Shown here: positions 1 to 10,211 of the stretch, piece after piece
How the letters are laid out: the number at the start of each line of letters is the position of its first letter
Numbering within the stretch: position 1 is the first letter of the stretch
Origin: Myxococcales bacterium
GTDB taxonomy: Bacteria; Myxococcota_A; Polyangia; Polyangiales; Polyangiaceae
DNA: 64,000 nt
NCBI GenBank assembly: GCA_043747615.1
Contig: JAYTOU010000053.1
Span: 32,001-96,000, forward strand
Direction of reading: 5' to 3'
Translations under genes and position numbers: made by a program
The notes under the pieces: model-generated
The model's input: the letters and a program-made list of their open reading frames with translations, nothing else
What the model was told of the DNA's origin: nothing
Databases searched by the model: none

Positions 1-126
1 GTCGCTCACCGAGGTGTCATCGGACGAGTGAGGATCAGTCGTCCGGTCAATGACAGGCGACTAGGCCGCAACGGGTTCGTCCAGATGAGCTCACAACGGC
101 GTGGGCCCGCTGCTACTCTTATCAAT

Positions 127-1242
127 GTGGGCATATCGAGAACGGTTGGCGCTTCGGTGCTTGCCCTGCTCGTCGTTGGCGGCTGCGGCTCGCGAAGCCA
201 GCTGTCGATCGACGACTTCGCGAGCAACGAGCCCGGGACGTGCCGCTCATCCGTGGGCTCGGCGACCAAGCGCATCAGCAAGACGCCGCTCGACATGGAG
301 ATCGTCCTCGACGGGTCAGGAAGCATGAGCGACGACAACAAATGGGTCGCAGTGTCCGCGGGTCTCGACGTCATCTTCGATGACTTCCTCGCGGAGCCCG
401 ATCGCGATCTCGCCGTCGGGCTGATCATCTTCTCGGACCAGAAAGATCGCACCGTTGGAGAGGGCCCCTACCCGACCGCGGTCGACGTGCCCCTTGGAAT
501 CGTCGACGCCGCGAGGCACGATGCGCTTCGCAAACGCCTCGACACGACCTATCCCGGCGCAGGCACGCCGACGTTACGCGCCCTTCGTGGAGGCTTCAAC
601 ACTCTCACGAAATTCACATCTCCCGAGACGCGCGGCCCCAACGGCAGGAAAATCGTGGTGCTCATGACGGACGGCGTCCCCAGCGGCCCACCGAACGTAC
701 CGTTCAGTCACCAGATCGAACAAGGTCAGTGCCTCGATCTGGTGCGGGCGCAGATCCAGGACGGCCCACCCACCGGGCCGATCCGCACGTTCGCGGTGGG
801 CATTGGACCCTTCCCCGGCAACTCCGATTACGATCCCAACTTCATAGGTGACCTGGCCATCGCGGGCGGGACGCGCGCCTCGCCTCAGTGCGAGCCTCAT
901 ACGGCGACGGAGTCGAACGTCTGCCACTTCCAGGTGTCACCGCTCGGAAAATCTTCAAACGAGCTTGAGCGCGAGTTCGTCGCAGCGATCGAAAAAATTA
1001 GGCAAATCTCGGTGCAAGGCTGCGAATTTTCGTTCGACACGGGGAGCGCGCCCAGCGTCGACGTCTCCAAGATCAAGGTGGTCTACACCGACGCAGCGGG
1101 GGGGAATCACACCATCGCGCAAGACACCGACAACGGTTGGACCTTCGACCCGAGCACCCGGCGCGTCTTCCTTCATGGCCAGGCGTGCACGTCGTCGAAC
1201 GTCGACTTGCGCGGCAGCGTTAGCGTCGTCCTCGGCTGCTGA
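127..1242 (+). CDS. VWA (von Willebrand factor A) domain lipoprotein
   Basis: MIDAS DGSGSM, later VLMTDG; lipobox-like LLVVGGC. Start uncertain: ORF open from 28, ATG at 85, GTG at 127 gives a ~20-aa signal peptide. Confidence 0.8.
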   Translation: MGISRTVGASVLALLVVGGCGSRSQLSIDDFASNEPGTCRSSVGSATKRISKTPLDMEIVLDGSGSMSDDNKWVAVSAGLDVIFDDFLAEPDRDLAVGLIIFSDQKDRTVGEGPYPTAVDVPLGIVDAARHDALRKRLDTTYPGAGTPTLRALRGGFNTLTKFTSPETRGPNGRKIVVLMTDGVPSGPPNVPFSHQIEQGQCLDLVRAQIQDGPPTGPIRTFAVGIGPFPGNSDYDPNFIGDLAIAGGTRASPQCEPHTATESNVCHFQVSPLGKSSNELEREFVAAIEKIRQISVQGCEFSFDTGSAPSVDVSKIKVVYTDAAGGNHTIAQDTDNGWTFDPSTRRVFLHGQACTSSNVDLRGSVSVVLGC

Positions 1243-1347
1243 ACCAGGTGAAGGACGACGTGGAGCTGCACGCGCCGAGGAGAGCGAGGACGGCCGCCGT
1301 CGCATTGTTACGAAGCGCGCGTCATCGGTCCGTGAGCGTGACAGATA

Positions 1348-2334
1348 TCAGCGTTTGACGCAGGTCGGTGTCTCTCCGAAAAAAGAGATCCACGCGCTGC
1401 GATCGTGCGCCGGCAAGATGCGGAGCGAAGGGTCGAGCTCGTGCAGCTGCGCGAGCTTCGAAATTTCTTCGCCAACTTGATCCGGGTCGAAGTCGGTCCA
1501 GGCCATCGGCAGGCTCTTTCCGACGCGGCGATCGATCCCCTCGAGAACGTTGACCGTGTCTCCCACGTGCAGAAGGCGCCGCGTCGGCGAGAGATTCACG
1601 AACGTACCGATGCTCCCCGGCGTGTGCCCAGGGAGCTTTACGATCACGAGGGTCCCGTCTCCGAAAATATCCGCGCTCTCCTCGAAGGTCTCGTACGGCT
1701 TGGCCTCGAAACGCATCACGTTCATGCGTCCTTCGAGAGCCTTGGCGTGCGCGGGAACGACGTTCAGGTTGTTCGGTGTTTTTCCAAACTTGGCGATGAA
1801 ATCGATTTCTTCTTGGGGCAGAAGCACCGGGACGCCAGGGAGGTCGACCAAGCCACCGGCGTGATCGATGTGCGCGTGGGAGAGGATCGCCCACTTCAGA
1901 TTTTTTGGATCGGCGCCTCGCAGGCGAATGGCGTCGGGCGCGGTCGAAACGAGGCGGTTGCTTCCGGGACCTTCGGTCAGGAGGAAATGGTTCACCATTC
2001 CGTAGCCGCGTAGCTCCTCGAGAAACTTGCTGCTATTTCCCGCGTCGATGAGCACGTCGCCCCGGGGATGCCGAAGGAGGAGCCCCGACACGGTGACCGA
2101 CCACGGCTTCGTGCCCGAGAGGCCCGCCGTCGCGGCTTGGCCGGAGGCCTCCCGGCTCGCGAACTCGACCCAGCAGAGCGAGACAGCGGGGATGGCGTCG
2201 AACTTTGCCGCGACGCGCGGGTGCGGCAGCGCAAATGGATAGGTGTGCGCTGCACGGTAGACGGCGAAGGCGAGGCCCGCGAGCGCGACCAGTTGCAGCA
2301 ACCGCTTCACGACGCCAGTCCGAAAATCTGCCAT
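1348..2334 (-). CDS. Metallo-beta-lactamase-fold hydrolase, N-acyl-homoserine-lactonase-like, with N-terminal hydrophobic anchor
   Basis: HAHIDH (HxHxDH), PGHTPG, VGD and PAHD metal-ligand motifs; N-terminal LLQLVALAGLAFAVY. Confidence 0.8.
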   Translation of the reverse strand: MADFRTGVVKRLLQLVALAGLAFAVYRAAHTYPFALPHPRVAAKFDAIPAVSLCWVEFASREASGQAATAGLSGTKPWSVTVSGLLLRHPRGDVLIDAGNSSKFLEELRGYGMVNHFLLTEGPGSNRLVSTAPDAIRLRGADPKNLKWAILSHAHIDHAGGLVDLPGVPVLLPQEEIDFIAKFGKTPNNLNVVPAHAKALEGRMNVMRFEAKPYETFEESADIFGDGTLVIVKLPGHTPGSIGTFVNLSPTRRLLHVGDTVNVLEGIDRRVGKSLPMAWTDFDPDQVGEEISKLAQLHELDPSLRILPAHDRSAWISFFGETPTCVKR

Positions 2335-2436
2335 ACGCTCTCGTTACATCAGAACGCGCTGCGGAGCGCTACGCCTCTCGTCTGGCTCGTCGTGCGCGAG
2401 GTGCATTTACTCACGCAGTCGTGGTATTCGGAAATC

Positions 2437-2961
2437 ATGCGCTCTCTGGCAGTGCTGATGGTGACCCTCTCTTTCGTGGGCTGCTCTTCATCGAGCACCC
2501 CGGCGGGCCAGGCTGCGAGCGCGGCGGACGCAGGTATGGATGCGCCGCGCGTGTGCACGACGCTTGGATATGCGGGCGCCCCCGTCGATCCGGTGGCAGT
2601 CGCCGGGAATGCACCGATTGCGGCGGGAGGTACGATCGCGGACGGGACGTACCGCCTCACGAGCTACAAAGTTTACAACAACGCGATCGATCCGTCGAAG
2701 GTGCAGAGCCTCCAGGCCTCGTTCAAATTCGCCGCCAGTGCGTACGAGGTCGCGTTCTCGTCGAGCAAGGGCGGCGAAGCGACAGAGTCGGGAACGGTGA
2801 CGACGAAGGGCACGCTCCTCCAGCTTACGAAGTCGTGCCCCTCGATGATGACCGAGAGCGAGCGACGCTATTCTGCAACCGCGACCAGCTTCGATCTGTT
2901 CGATGTCTCCAACGCGACGCCGAGCGCGCCTGCGGAAGTGGCTACCTACACCCGCGAGTAG
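2437..2961 (+). CDS. Hypothetical lipoprotein
   Basis: ATG 2437; MRSLAVLMVTLSFVGC lipobox, then a Ser-rich linker and a beta-rich domain. Confidence 0.75.
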   Translation: MRSLAVLMVTLSFVGCSSSSTPAGQAASAADAGMDAPRVCTTLGYAGAPVDPVAVAGNAPIAAGGTIADGTYRLTSYKVYNNAIDPSKVQSLQASFKFAASAYEVAFSSSKGGEATESGTVTTKGTLLQLTKSCPSMMTESERRYSATATSFDLFDVSNATPSAPAEVATYTRE

Positions 2962-3458
2962 CTCGCGTACGGGTGCGACCCATCTGCCGCGCGCTCCGCG
3001 TTGTCGAGCTTCATCACGCGTCGGTTAGCCGTTCCCGTCAATCGCATCGTCGTGGAAGACGAAGCGGGGTCTGCCGGCGCTCCGCAGTCGATTGCCGTCA
3101 CGACGAGAGTTGCACCCAAACAGATCCTTAGAATGCTCATCGATGTCCTCCGCCCGAGAACCGTCCTTGAACGTCTGTCGACGTCGCTCGATGGCCTCAC
3201 GCCCGAGCTCGACCACGAGGGCACCGACATCCTCCGGCGAAGCAAAGTCGGCGCGTCCTGCGTCGAGGAGAGCGGCGGTGAATTTGGCAGCGGTCGCGGC
3301 GTTATGCCGAGACATGTCCTCCGTGGACCGTTCGAGGTCCAGGGTCGATGCCCGAAATACCGCTGTATTTGCAGCCTTTGGTGTGGCTTCGATCTTGCGA
3401 TTGAGCTCGGTACACAACCGGCGAAAGCCCTTCGCCCCTTATAAGGAGGTATCCATTC

Positions 3459-4286
3459 ATGAAATTGATTTCTGGTCGCACGCAGGTCACGGCAGTCACC
3501 CTCATTCTCGGGACCGCGCTTCTCGCGTGTGCGTCGAAGTCGCCGACGACGGCCTCGTCCGCTTCCGCCGTAGAGAGCGGCGATGGGACGGAGTCTGCCG
3601 CGTCGACCGCGCAGACCTCGCGCTTCGAAGAAATGATTGCCTCTCCGATCACCTCGCAAGACCCGACGATGGCCGCGGCGAACGTTGCGGCGGCGCAGTG
3701 GTGGCCAGCGGGATGTGCGACACGAGCCAAGGATCCGACGAACAGCTCGGTCGTGCACATTTACTTGAACGACTGCACCGGCCCGTTCGGCCTCGAGCAC
3801 CACACCGGTGAGATCACCGTGACGTTCAGCAAGAACGCCGACGGATCGCTCCACGCGCAAGCCGCGAGCTCCAACATGACCGTGAACGGGCACGCCGTGA
3901 CCTACTCGCGCGACGCGGACATCACCCTGAGCGCAACACAGCGCACCGTAAAAGCCAACGGAGCATGGACGCGCGAAAACGCCAAGGGCGAAACCGTCAG
4001 CCACACCGCCAACACCACGACCGTGCTCGACATCGCCTCGCGGTGCCGCACCACGAACGGAACGGCGGTCACCCGGGTCGACGAGCGCGAGAACGACGCG
4101 AAGATCACGGACTACAAAATTTGCCGCAAGCCCGACGGCCTCGACGGCTGTCCCTCCGGCACGGTGACCCACACGCACAAGCTCAGTGGCAACGTGTTCA
4201 CTGCCATGTTCGACGGAACGGCGACGGCCGAGATCACCGGGCCGAAGGGCGGAATGACCGCCGTGCCGCTCGTCTGCACTCCGTGA
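3459..4286 (+). CDS. Hypothetical Cys/Thr-rich lipoprotein
   Basis: Strong RBS AAGGAGGT upstream; lipobox ALLAC; paired cysteines. Confidence 0.8.
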   Translation: MKLISGRTQVTAVTLILGTALLACASKSPTTASSASAVESGDGTESAASTAQTSRFEEMIASPITSQDPTMAAANVAAAQWWPAGCATRAKDPTNSSVVHIYLNDCTGPFGLEHHTGEITVTFSKNADGSLHAQAASSNMTVNGHAVTYSRDADITLSATQRTVKANGAWTRENAKGETVSHTANTTTVLDIASRCRTTNGTAVTRVDERENDAKITDYKICRKPDGLDGCPSGTVTHTHKLSGNVFTAMFDGTATAEITGPKGGMTAVPLVCTP

Positions 4287-4292
4287 AGTACC

Positions 4293-5561
4293 TTACTCGG
4301 TAGCGGTTTCCATGAAGACGACGTGCGGCGTGCCCCGCGCGTTGTCGACCGTTGCCACGTAAAGGCGGTCTCCTGCCCAGGCCAAGCCTACGTAATCACC
4401 CACCCAGGCCGGAGCGCTGCGCCGCGACACGAAGCGAACGGGTGACCGTAGAGTCCGCGTGGGCCACGGGGCGGAAGCGCGCATGACGCGAAAGGCTCCC
4501 TCGCCGTCGCCTCCTGATTTGCCTGAAAAATAGGTCATTTGAAGCAGGCCCGAGGGAGCTCGCACGAGCTGAGGATGCATGAGGAGCGCACGCTCGTCGC
4601 GAAGAAGAACGCGTGACGCAAACGTCTTTCCGCCATCATCGGAGCGCGCGACGACGACTGCGTCGAGGATTGCCGAAGCCGATGTGTCCGTGGGCGTCGC
4701 GCTCGTGCCGTAGCTGACGAGCACCTCGTCACCGCGGACGAAACACAGCGGGCCCTCGGGAGCGACATGGTCGTCTGCTTTCGACACGATGGTCTGGCGA
4801 CCTTCCGACCAGGTCACGCCGTCGTCGCTCACGCGCAGGACGATTCCGGCCGTGGGATCGACGTAGGTAACGAACAGGCGTACGCCCCGATCCTCCGCAC
4901 ATACGGAGCCGAGCGCTCCGGCGAACGTGGCTCCATGAACGACCGTCGTGCGAGAAAACTTCGTGTGATCGTCGTTGGCGAGGGCGAGGCTGAATCCGCC
5001 GTCACTTGGCGTTGCAAAGCGATGGAGGACCATCAGCCGTCCCTTCGGACCGCGGATCGAAAACGGCTTGTCGTAGATCCCTCCGGTCTCGGTCACTTCG
5101 AGTGGAGCCCCGAAGTGCCCAGCGCGCGAGCCCGCGGTGAAGACGTGCATGTCGTACGGGTCGCCGCCGGCCGCTCGATTCTGCCTGAAGGCGAGCCACG
5201 TGAGGTCGACGTCCGCGTCTGCACGAGACACGAGCATTGGATCGGCGGCGTAGAATCCAGGTACGTTCATCGCCTGGATTGGTCCCCACGATTTTCCGTC
5301 GTCGTTCGAGAAGCGCACGCCAATGCGATCCGCCGCTCCCGCCTCCGCGGCAACCCCCATCCAGGCCACGGCGAGCGCGCCGCTCCCGGAGACCGCGAGG
5401 TGCGGCTCGAGCTCGAACGCTGACTCGGACGAGCGAGACACGAACCCGGCGTGCAGCTCTTTTTCCAACGTGCGCGCGTCGACGAAGCGCATCACGCCGT
5501 ACCCGGTGAGCGCGACGCCGGCGGCTACGATGACGAGCGAGGCCCCGTGAGACGCCTTCAA
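4293..5561 (-). CDS. BNR/Asp-box repeat (sialidase-like beta-propeller) protein
   Basis: Asp-boxes SNDDGKSW, SDDGVTW, SDDGGKTF; N-terminal hydrophobic anchor; TTG start 4 nt past the kinase stop. Confidence 0.7.
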   Translation of the reverse strand: MKASHGASLVIVAAGVALTGYGVMRFVDARTLEKELHAGFVSRSSESAFELEPHLAVSGSGALAVAWMGVAAEAGAADRIGVRFSNDDGKSWGPIQAMNVPGFYAADPMLVSRADADVDLTWLAFRQNRAAGGDPYDMHVFTAGSRAGHFGAPLEVTETGGIYDKPFSIRGPKGRLMVLHRFATPSDGGFSLALANDDHTKFSRTTVVHGATFAGALGSVCAEDRGVRLFVTYVDPTAGIVLRVSDDGVTWSEGRQTIVSKADDHVAPEGPLCFVRGDEVLVSYGTSATPTDTSASAILDAVVVARSDDGGKTFASRVLLRDERALLMHPQLVRAPSGLLQMTYFSGKSGGDGEGAFRVMRASAPWPTRTLRSPVRFVSRRSAPAWVGDYVGLAWAGDRLYVATVDNARGTPHVVFMETATE

Positions 5562-5565
5562 GAAC

Positions 5566-7014
5566 TTAAAGATCGGTGCGGATTTTTCGTTTGCCGGGTG
5601 TGGTGCTCGATGGTGCGGTGGAAGGCACCGCAGCCGCCGAGGAGCCCGAAGTAACGGGCGCCGCTTTCGGCTTTGCCGCGCCGCGCGGAGCAGCGACTGC
5701 AGACGCGGAAGGAGCAGCGGAAGGTACGGCGCTCTCGGCCGGGACCGCTGCGGGCTGCGCCTCGACGGGCATGGCGCTCTCGATCACACGCGGCTTGAAA
5801 GTCTCCGTGGTCTCGACCAGCGCGGCGGGAGGCGGCAGACGGACCTCGGCGGGTTTGCCCCGGCCCACCACGGCGAGCGTGATCCCAAGCACCGCGACGA
5901 CGGCTCCCCCGCCGAGAAGCGCGACGAGACCGCGATTCGATTTCTTCGGCGGAGGCTCGATCGACTGGTTTCCGCCGCTCCAACCGACGACGGACTTTCC
6001 CTCTGCGACGGCGGGGGACGACAGGGACGCAGACGCCATCGACGCGGCGAGTGGCGCGGGACCAGGAATCGGCGGCAGACCGAGCACGCTCGAAGGGGCG
6101 AGCATTGGAGTCGCGGGCCGGCCCGCCACCGTTTCATCGAACGCGAGGCTCGGATGATTTGCCCGACCCCAATCGATGATCGCTTTCTGAAACTCACGCG
6201 CGTTCGCGTAACGATTTACGGGATCGCGCGCCATCGCCTTGTGCACGATCGCCGAGAACCCGGGATCGAGATCGGGGATGACCTCAGGCAGCGGACGGAA
6301 GGTGCCGAGAGCGATCTTGAAAAGCAAATCGTGGGCGTTTTCGCCGACGAACGGGAGCTCTCCGCAGAGACAACGGTAGAGAACGACGCCGAGCGCATAG
6401 AGGTCGGAGCGCTCGTCGACCTCGCGGTGGGCGCCGCGCGCCTGCTCGGGCGCCATGTAGTAAGGCGTTCCCATCAGCATGCCGGTCGTCGTGGCCGGCA
6501 TGGCTTCGTCGGGCAACGGCGCGAATTTCGACACGCCGAAATCCAGGATCTTGACGACCTCGCCCTTCGACGTGCGCGCCATGAAAATGTTCGCGGGCTT
6601 CAAGTCGCGGTGGATGATCTGGGCGCTGTGCATTGCGGCGAGCCCTTCCAAGATCTGGTGGGCGATGCGCGCGACCTCCGAGACGCCGAGCCGGAGGCGC
6701 GCCTTCATTCGGTCGGCCAAGCTCTCGCCCGCCAAGAACTCCATCACCATGTACGCGTCGCCGTTCGGCAAGTCGCCCAGATCCAAGACGTCGACGATGT
6801 GGGCCGAGCCGATCCGCGCGGCAGCTTGGGCTTCGCGCGCGAAGCGACGAGCGATCTCCGGATTCGCTGCGGCCTCGGCGTGCATGACCTTGATCGCCAC
6901 CCGACGCGAAATGCGCGAGTTCTCTCCCTCGTAGACGCAGCCCATACCCCCTTCGCCAATCACGCGAATGACCCGGTATTTCCCGTCGATAATCTGGCCA
7001 AGCTCGATCGGCAT
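5566..7014 (-). CDS. Membrane-anchored Hanks-type Ser/Thr protein kinase
   Basis: GEGGMG, VAIK, HRDLKPAN, DFG, GTPYYMAPE; TM helix and Pro/Ala-rich tail. Confidence 0.95.
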   Translation of the reverse strand: MPIELGQIIDGKYRVIRVIGEGGMGCVYEGENSRISRRVAIKVMHAEAAANPEIARRFAREAQAAARIGSAHIVDVLDLGDLPNGDAYMVMEFLAGESLADRMKARLRLGVSEVARIAHQILEGLAAMHSAQIIHRDLKPANIFMARTSKGEVVKILDFGVSKFAPLPDEAMPATTTGMLMGTPYYMAPEQARGAHREVDERSDLYALGVVLYRCLCGELPFVGENAHDLLFKIALGTFRPLPEVIPDLDPGFSAIVHKAMARDPVNRYANAREFQKAIIDWGRANHPSLAFDETVAGRPATPMLAPSSVLGLPPIPGPAPLAASMASASLSSPAVAEGKSVVGWSGGNQSIEPPPKKSNRGLVALLGGGAVVAVLGITLAVVGRGKPAEVRLPPPAALVETTETFKPRVIESAMPVEAQPAAVPAESAVPSAAPSASAVAAPRGAAKPKAAPVTSGSSAAAVPSTAPSSTTPGKRKIRTDL

Positions 7015-7032
7015 TTGTTTTCGCTTTGGGAT

Positions 7033-7893
7033 CTACGGAGGGCCGAGGTCTACGTTTTGATCGGGGAACGCGTGCGGATCGAAATCGAGAGAGAGCCCCG
7101 TGGCATCGGAGCCCTTCGGAATGCGCCACCCAAGATCACCTCCGGGGGGCGGCTCGTATGTTCCGTTGCCGTTGGCATCGACGTAGATCTCGACATTGTA
7201 ATTGACGCCTTCGTCGATCACACCTGGGATTTTCGCATCGAGCGTCGCCGGAGCGATTGGCAGCGTGAGCTTCGAGAAACGGTAGAGGCCCGCGGTATGC
7301 CCGGTGGCCGCGTCGGCGATTCGGACCTGCACCACTTTGCCGGCGTAGTCGTCCATCTTCAACATGTGGATGACGGCGCCTACGCCCGTGTCCTTGGGCG
7401 GATTGCGCGTGCCCATCGGGTAATCATTCAACTCGCTGAAGGAGTAGTTGTGGGCATAGGTCACGTCGATCAGGCCGTCGTTCGGATCGCTCGAAGGCGA
7501 ATCGACGAGGGGATCCCAGCGCCAGCCGTGATCGTGATCGGGCCCGCTGCCGAGGCCGTCCCAGCCTCCCGAGTGATTTTTGTCGGCGTAGAAATCCAGC
7601 CGGTAGGGGCCGTTCACCTTGGGGACGGCTCTCGGAACGTGAACGGTGGCCTTCGGTGCGCCGAGCGGATCGAGAATGCCGCGTGACTGAATGAAGTTGT
7701 TGGCGTCGATCACCCGGTACTCGAAGACCTGTGCGGGGTGCGTGTCCATTCCGGTCACGGTGAAAGAGAGATCGTCGTGGAGATCGGAGCCGCCCTTGGT
7801 AGGTCCGTGAAAGCGATCGAGGTTGGTGACTGCAAAGCATCCAGTGACGAGCAGCGGAGCGGCGAGCACGAGCGAGTGACGGGGGGTTTTCAT
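7033..7893 (-). CDS. Lipoprotein with two tandem repeated domains
   Basis: ATG 7893, lipobox LVTGC; repeated YxxxxYxDxNxxGxx[DE]...DxGWR motif. Confidence 0.75.
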   Translation of the reverse strand: MKTPRHSLVLAAPLLVTGCFAVTNLDRFHGPTKGGSDLHDDLSFTVTGMDTHPAQVFEYRVIDANNFIQSRGILDPLGAPKATVHVPRAVPKVNGPYRLDFYADKNHSGGWDGLGSGPDHDHGWRWDPLVDSPSSDPNDGLIDVTYAHNYSFSELNDYPMGTRNPPKDTGVGAVIHMLKMDDYAGKVVQVRIADAATGHTAGLYRFSKLTLPIAPATLDAKIPGVIDEGVNYNVEIYVDANGNGTYEPPPGGDLGWRIPKGSDATGLSLDFDPHAFPDQNVDLGPP

Positions 7894-7895
7894 AA

Positions 7896-8903
7896 TCAAA
7901 ACGCCAAGCGAAGGGTGCCGATGCAGCCTTGTCCCGTGCACATTGCGCTCGCCTTGGGGGCGCTTGCCGGAGCAGCCTCCTCGGAAGGTTTGCGGGCGAG
8001 CATCCACCACGTGAGGCCGACTCCGCCGACGACTGCGCCGCCGATGAGGAGAATGTCCGTCAGCCTCACGAACGTTCGCGCGGTGTCGCGATTCGAGGCC
8101 AAATCAAAGGTGTTCGGGCACATGTCGTTCGGGCACGCCTTCGAGATCGTGCTCGTCTTGCTGAGGGCAACGAGGCCGGTGACCGCGCCTGTGACGAGCA
8201 TCGCGCCGCCGACGCCCATGACGACCACCGGGAGCACGCTCGGGGACTCTCGCTTCGGCAGAGCAGCAGGACCTACGAGCAGCGGCGCTTCTCTCTTTTT
8301 CATCGCAAAGGAGTGGGCCTCGGGGTGACCGGCACGCGCCTCGAACTCCCAGGTAGCGTCCTCGAATCCGTCTGCTTTGACGGTGACCTGGTGATCGCCC
8401 GGGCGCTCGCCGATCTCCAGTCTGCCGTGAATGGGTCCGTAGGTGTTCGTGACGCGATCGCCGCGGGTCGGCACGCGGACGTCGATGATCCGCGCGTCCA
8501 TGACGTCGACGTCGAAGACGACGCGGGCAACCCCCGTGGTGAGCGTCTGGATGTCGCGCTCGATCTGCGCGCGCTCCTCGGGATCGATGTCCCCCACTTC
8601 CTTGAGGTACCGTCCGTAGGCTGCGATCGCTTCACCGTCCCGCTCGAGCTTCATCGCACAAAAACCGATGTTTCCGAGCATCTTGGGGGAGCTCGAGAGC
8701 GCGTACGCGGCCTTGAACTCGCGGTACGCCTCTTCGACGTTCGTGCCTTCCGGATCCTGGAGGTGCGCTACCCCCGCCTTGAAGTGCATCCGCGCCTCTT
8801 CGCTGATGGGCACGTCCCCGGCGAGCGACACACTGGACACCACCCCTACGGAAGCAAAGAAGGCCAGCGCGACGAGGCGCCGGCGAAGACGTGATACTCG
8901 CAT
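7896..8903 (-). CDS. TPR/PEGA-like exported protein with C-terminal membrane segments
   Basis: Signal peptide; TPR-like helices (EAYREFKAAY, EAIAAYGRYL); PEGA-like PGDHQVTVKADGF; C-terminal hydrophobic segments. Confidence 0.75.
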   Translation of the reverse strand: MRVSRLRRRLVALAFFASVGVVSSVSLAGDVPISEEARMHFKAGVAHLQDPEGTNVEEAYREFKAAYALSSSPKMLGNIGFCAMKLERDGEAIAAYGRYLKEVGDIDPEERAQIERDIQTLTTGVARVVFDVDVMDARIIDVRVPTRGDRVTNTYGPIHGRLEIGERPGDHQVTVKADGFEDATWEFEARAGHPEAHSFAMKKREAPLLVGPAALPKRESPSVLPVVVMGVGGAMLVTGAVTGLVALSKTSTISKACPNDMCPNTFDLASNRDTARTFVRLTDILLIGGAVVGGVGLTWWMLARKPSEEAAPASAPKASAMCTGQGCIGTLRLAF

Positions 8904-9161
8904 GCAACCCGACGTTATGCGGGGGTTCAGACCACATGCCAAGCCCCAAATCCGACTCCTCCGCTGCAATCGCCCGACCGGCTCGCGTCCGCAGCTCCGC
9001 TCGTCGTCGCTCCGAGGCCGGATGCAGGAGCGGCGGTGAGCCCCGCCTTCACGTGCGGACACACCGAGAACGCGCGCGATTGGAGCGCCATCATCCAGGA
9101 ATTTTTTGGCGGGATCGATCTCGTTCCGCCGTGCGCGCCGCCGCGTTGACCGGGCTGCCGC

Positions 9162-10196
9162 TCAGGGCTTTGTCGATGCGTCGGGCGAGTCCTTGGAGAC
9201 GAGCGCCTCGAACTCCTGAGGAATCTTCGGCTTGCATCCGCCACCGAAGCCATCGGCGCTGAACTTCGTGGTCAGCGTGCCGGTCTGCTCGACCTCGCCG
9301 CCCTTGTCGGTCTTGATCTTGCGCATCACTTCGACGCGAAGCTCGTGCTGACCCGCGTGCGCCCCGCTGCAGTAGGAAACAAAGTAGTTGCTCTGCGCGA
9401 AGGACGACAGCCGCCCCCCGAGAGCGTCTAGCGTGGAGGCCAACGCGCCCACGCTTGGGGCGTTCATCGTGTCGTTCGTACCGATGTAATCGAGCTGAGC
9501 GAGCTTGGCGTCTTCCCCCACACCAACGACGAATCGCCTAATTTTAGCGGCATCCGGGGCCTTGAACAGCTCCTGGATCTGCTCGCGTTTCACGCGTGCC
9601 GCGCGATCGGCGCCACGAGCGACAACGACCAGCTGCCCGCCGGTCATCGGATCGCTCTCGCCGAGGGCCGTGCGAAGGACCTTCATTCCCGCAACGACGG
9701 CTCCGTTGAGATTGGTGGTTTCGTCCTTCGGCTTGTAGTCTTTGAGCGCGTCGAGGTTCGCCTTTGCGCGATCGTCCGGGGCAGAGAAGGCAACGACCGG
9801 GTGGAGATCGGGCGAGCCGTCGAACGTGTACACGGCGACCTTTTGCTTGGGCCGAAGCTTCGCCATGAGAGCGGCCGCGCCGTCCGTCATGGCGACGGCA
9901 TCAGATGGAGTCACGCGCCCGCTCCAATCGAGAAGGAGCAACGTGAACTGCGTCGCGGTCATATCGGGGTTGACGATCCGCAAGTCGGCGGTCACCGCCA
10001 CGCCGTCTTCGAACACCTTGAAGGCTTCGTCGCCCAGGTGCGGGACGGGCACTTTCTCGGCGTCGACCGAGAGGTAGACCATCACGTTCGCCGGCTTCTC
10101 CACGGAAGACGCGATGTTCGCGACGCGCAGACCGCCCCCGCAGCTAATCGCGGCGAGTGCCAGAAGCGAGATGCGGAGCGCGGGTCGGAGGTGCAT
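9162..10196 (-). CDS. Lipoprotein with degenerate VWA domain
   Basis: Lipobox AAISC; LLLLDWSG, VAVYTF, TTNLNGA; MIDAS incomplete. Confidence 0.7.
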   Translation of the reverse strand: MHLRPALRISLLALAAISCGGGLRVANIASSVEKPANVMVYLSVDAEKVPVPHLGDEAFKVFEDGVAVTADLRIVNPDMTATQFTLLLLDWSGRVTPSDAVAMTDGAAALMAKLRPKQKVAVYTFDGSPDLHPVVAFSAPDDRAKANLDALKDYKPKDETTNLNGAVVAGMKVLRTALGESDPMTGGQLVVVARGADRAARVKREQIQELFKAPDAAKIRRFVVGVGEDAKLAQLDYIGTNDTMNAPSVGALASTLDALGGRLSSFAQSNYFVSYCSGAHAGQHELRVEVMRKIKTDKGGEVEQTGTLTTKFSADGFGGGCKPKIPQEFEALVSKDSPDASTKP

Positions 10197-10211
10197 CGAG
10201 GATGTGCCCGT

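Noticed and set aside
15..55. Hairpin TGTCAT-CGGACGA...TCGTCCG...ATGACA upstream of the VWA gene
   Set aside because: At the window edge; matches no RNA family I can recognise; no U-tract.
2946..3417. Two short minus-strand ORFs, one with GGAGG RBS and a signal-like start (MSILRICLGATLVVTAIDC, ATG 3140)
   Set aside because: Possibly gene remnants, but the lipobox is atypical and there is no recognisable domain; not supportable as features.
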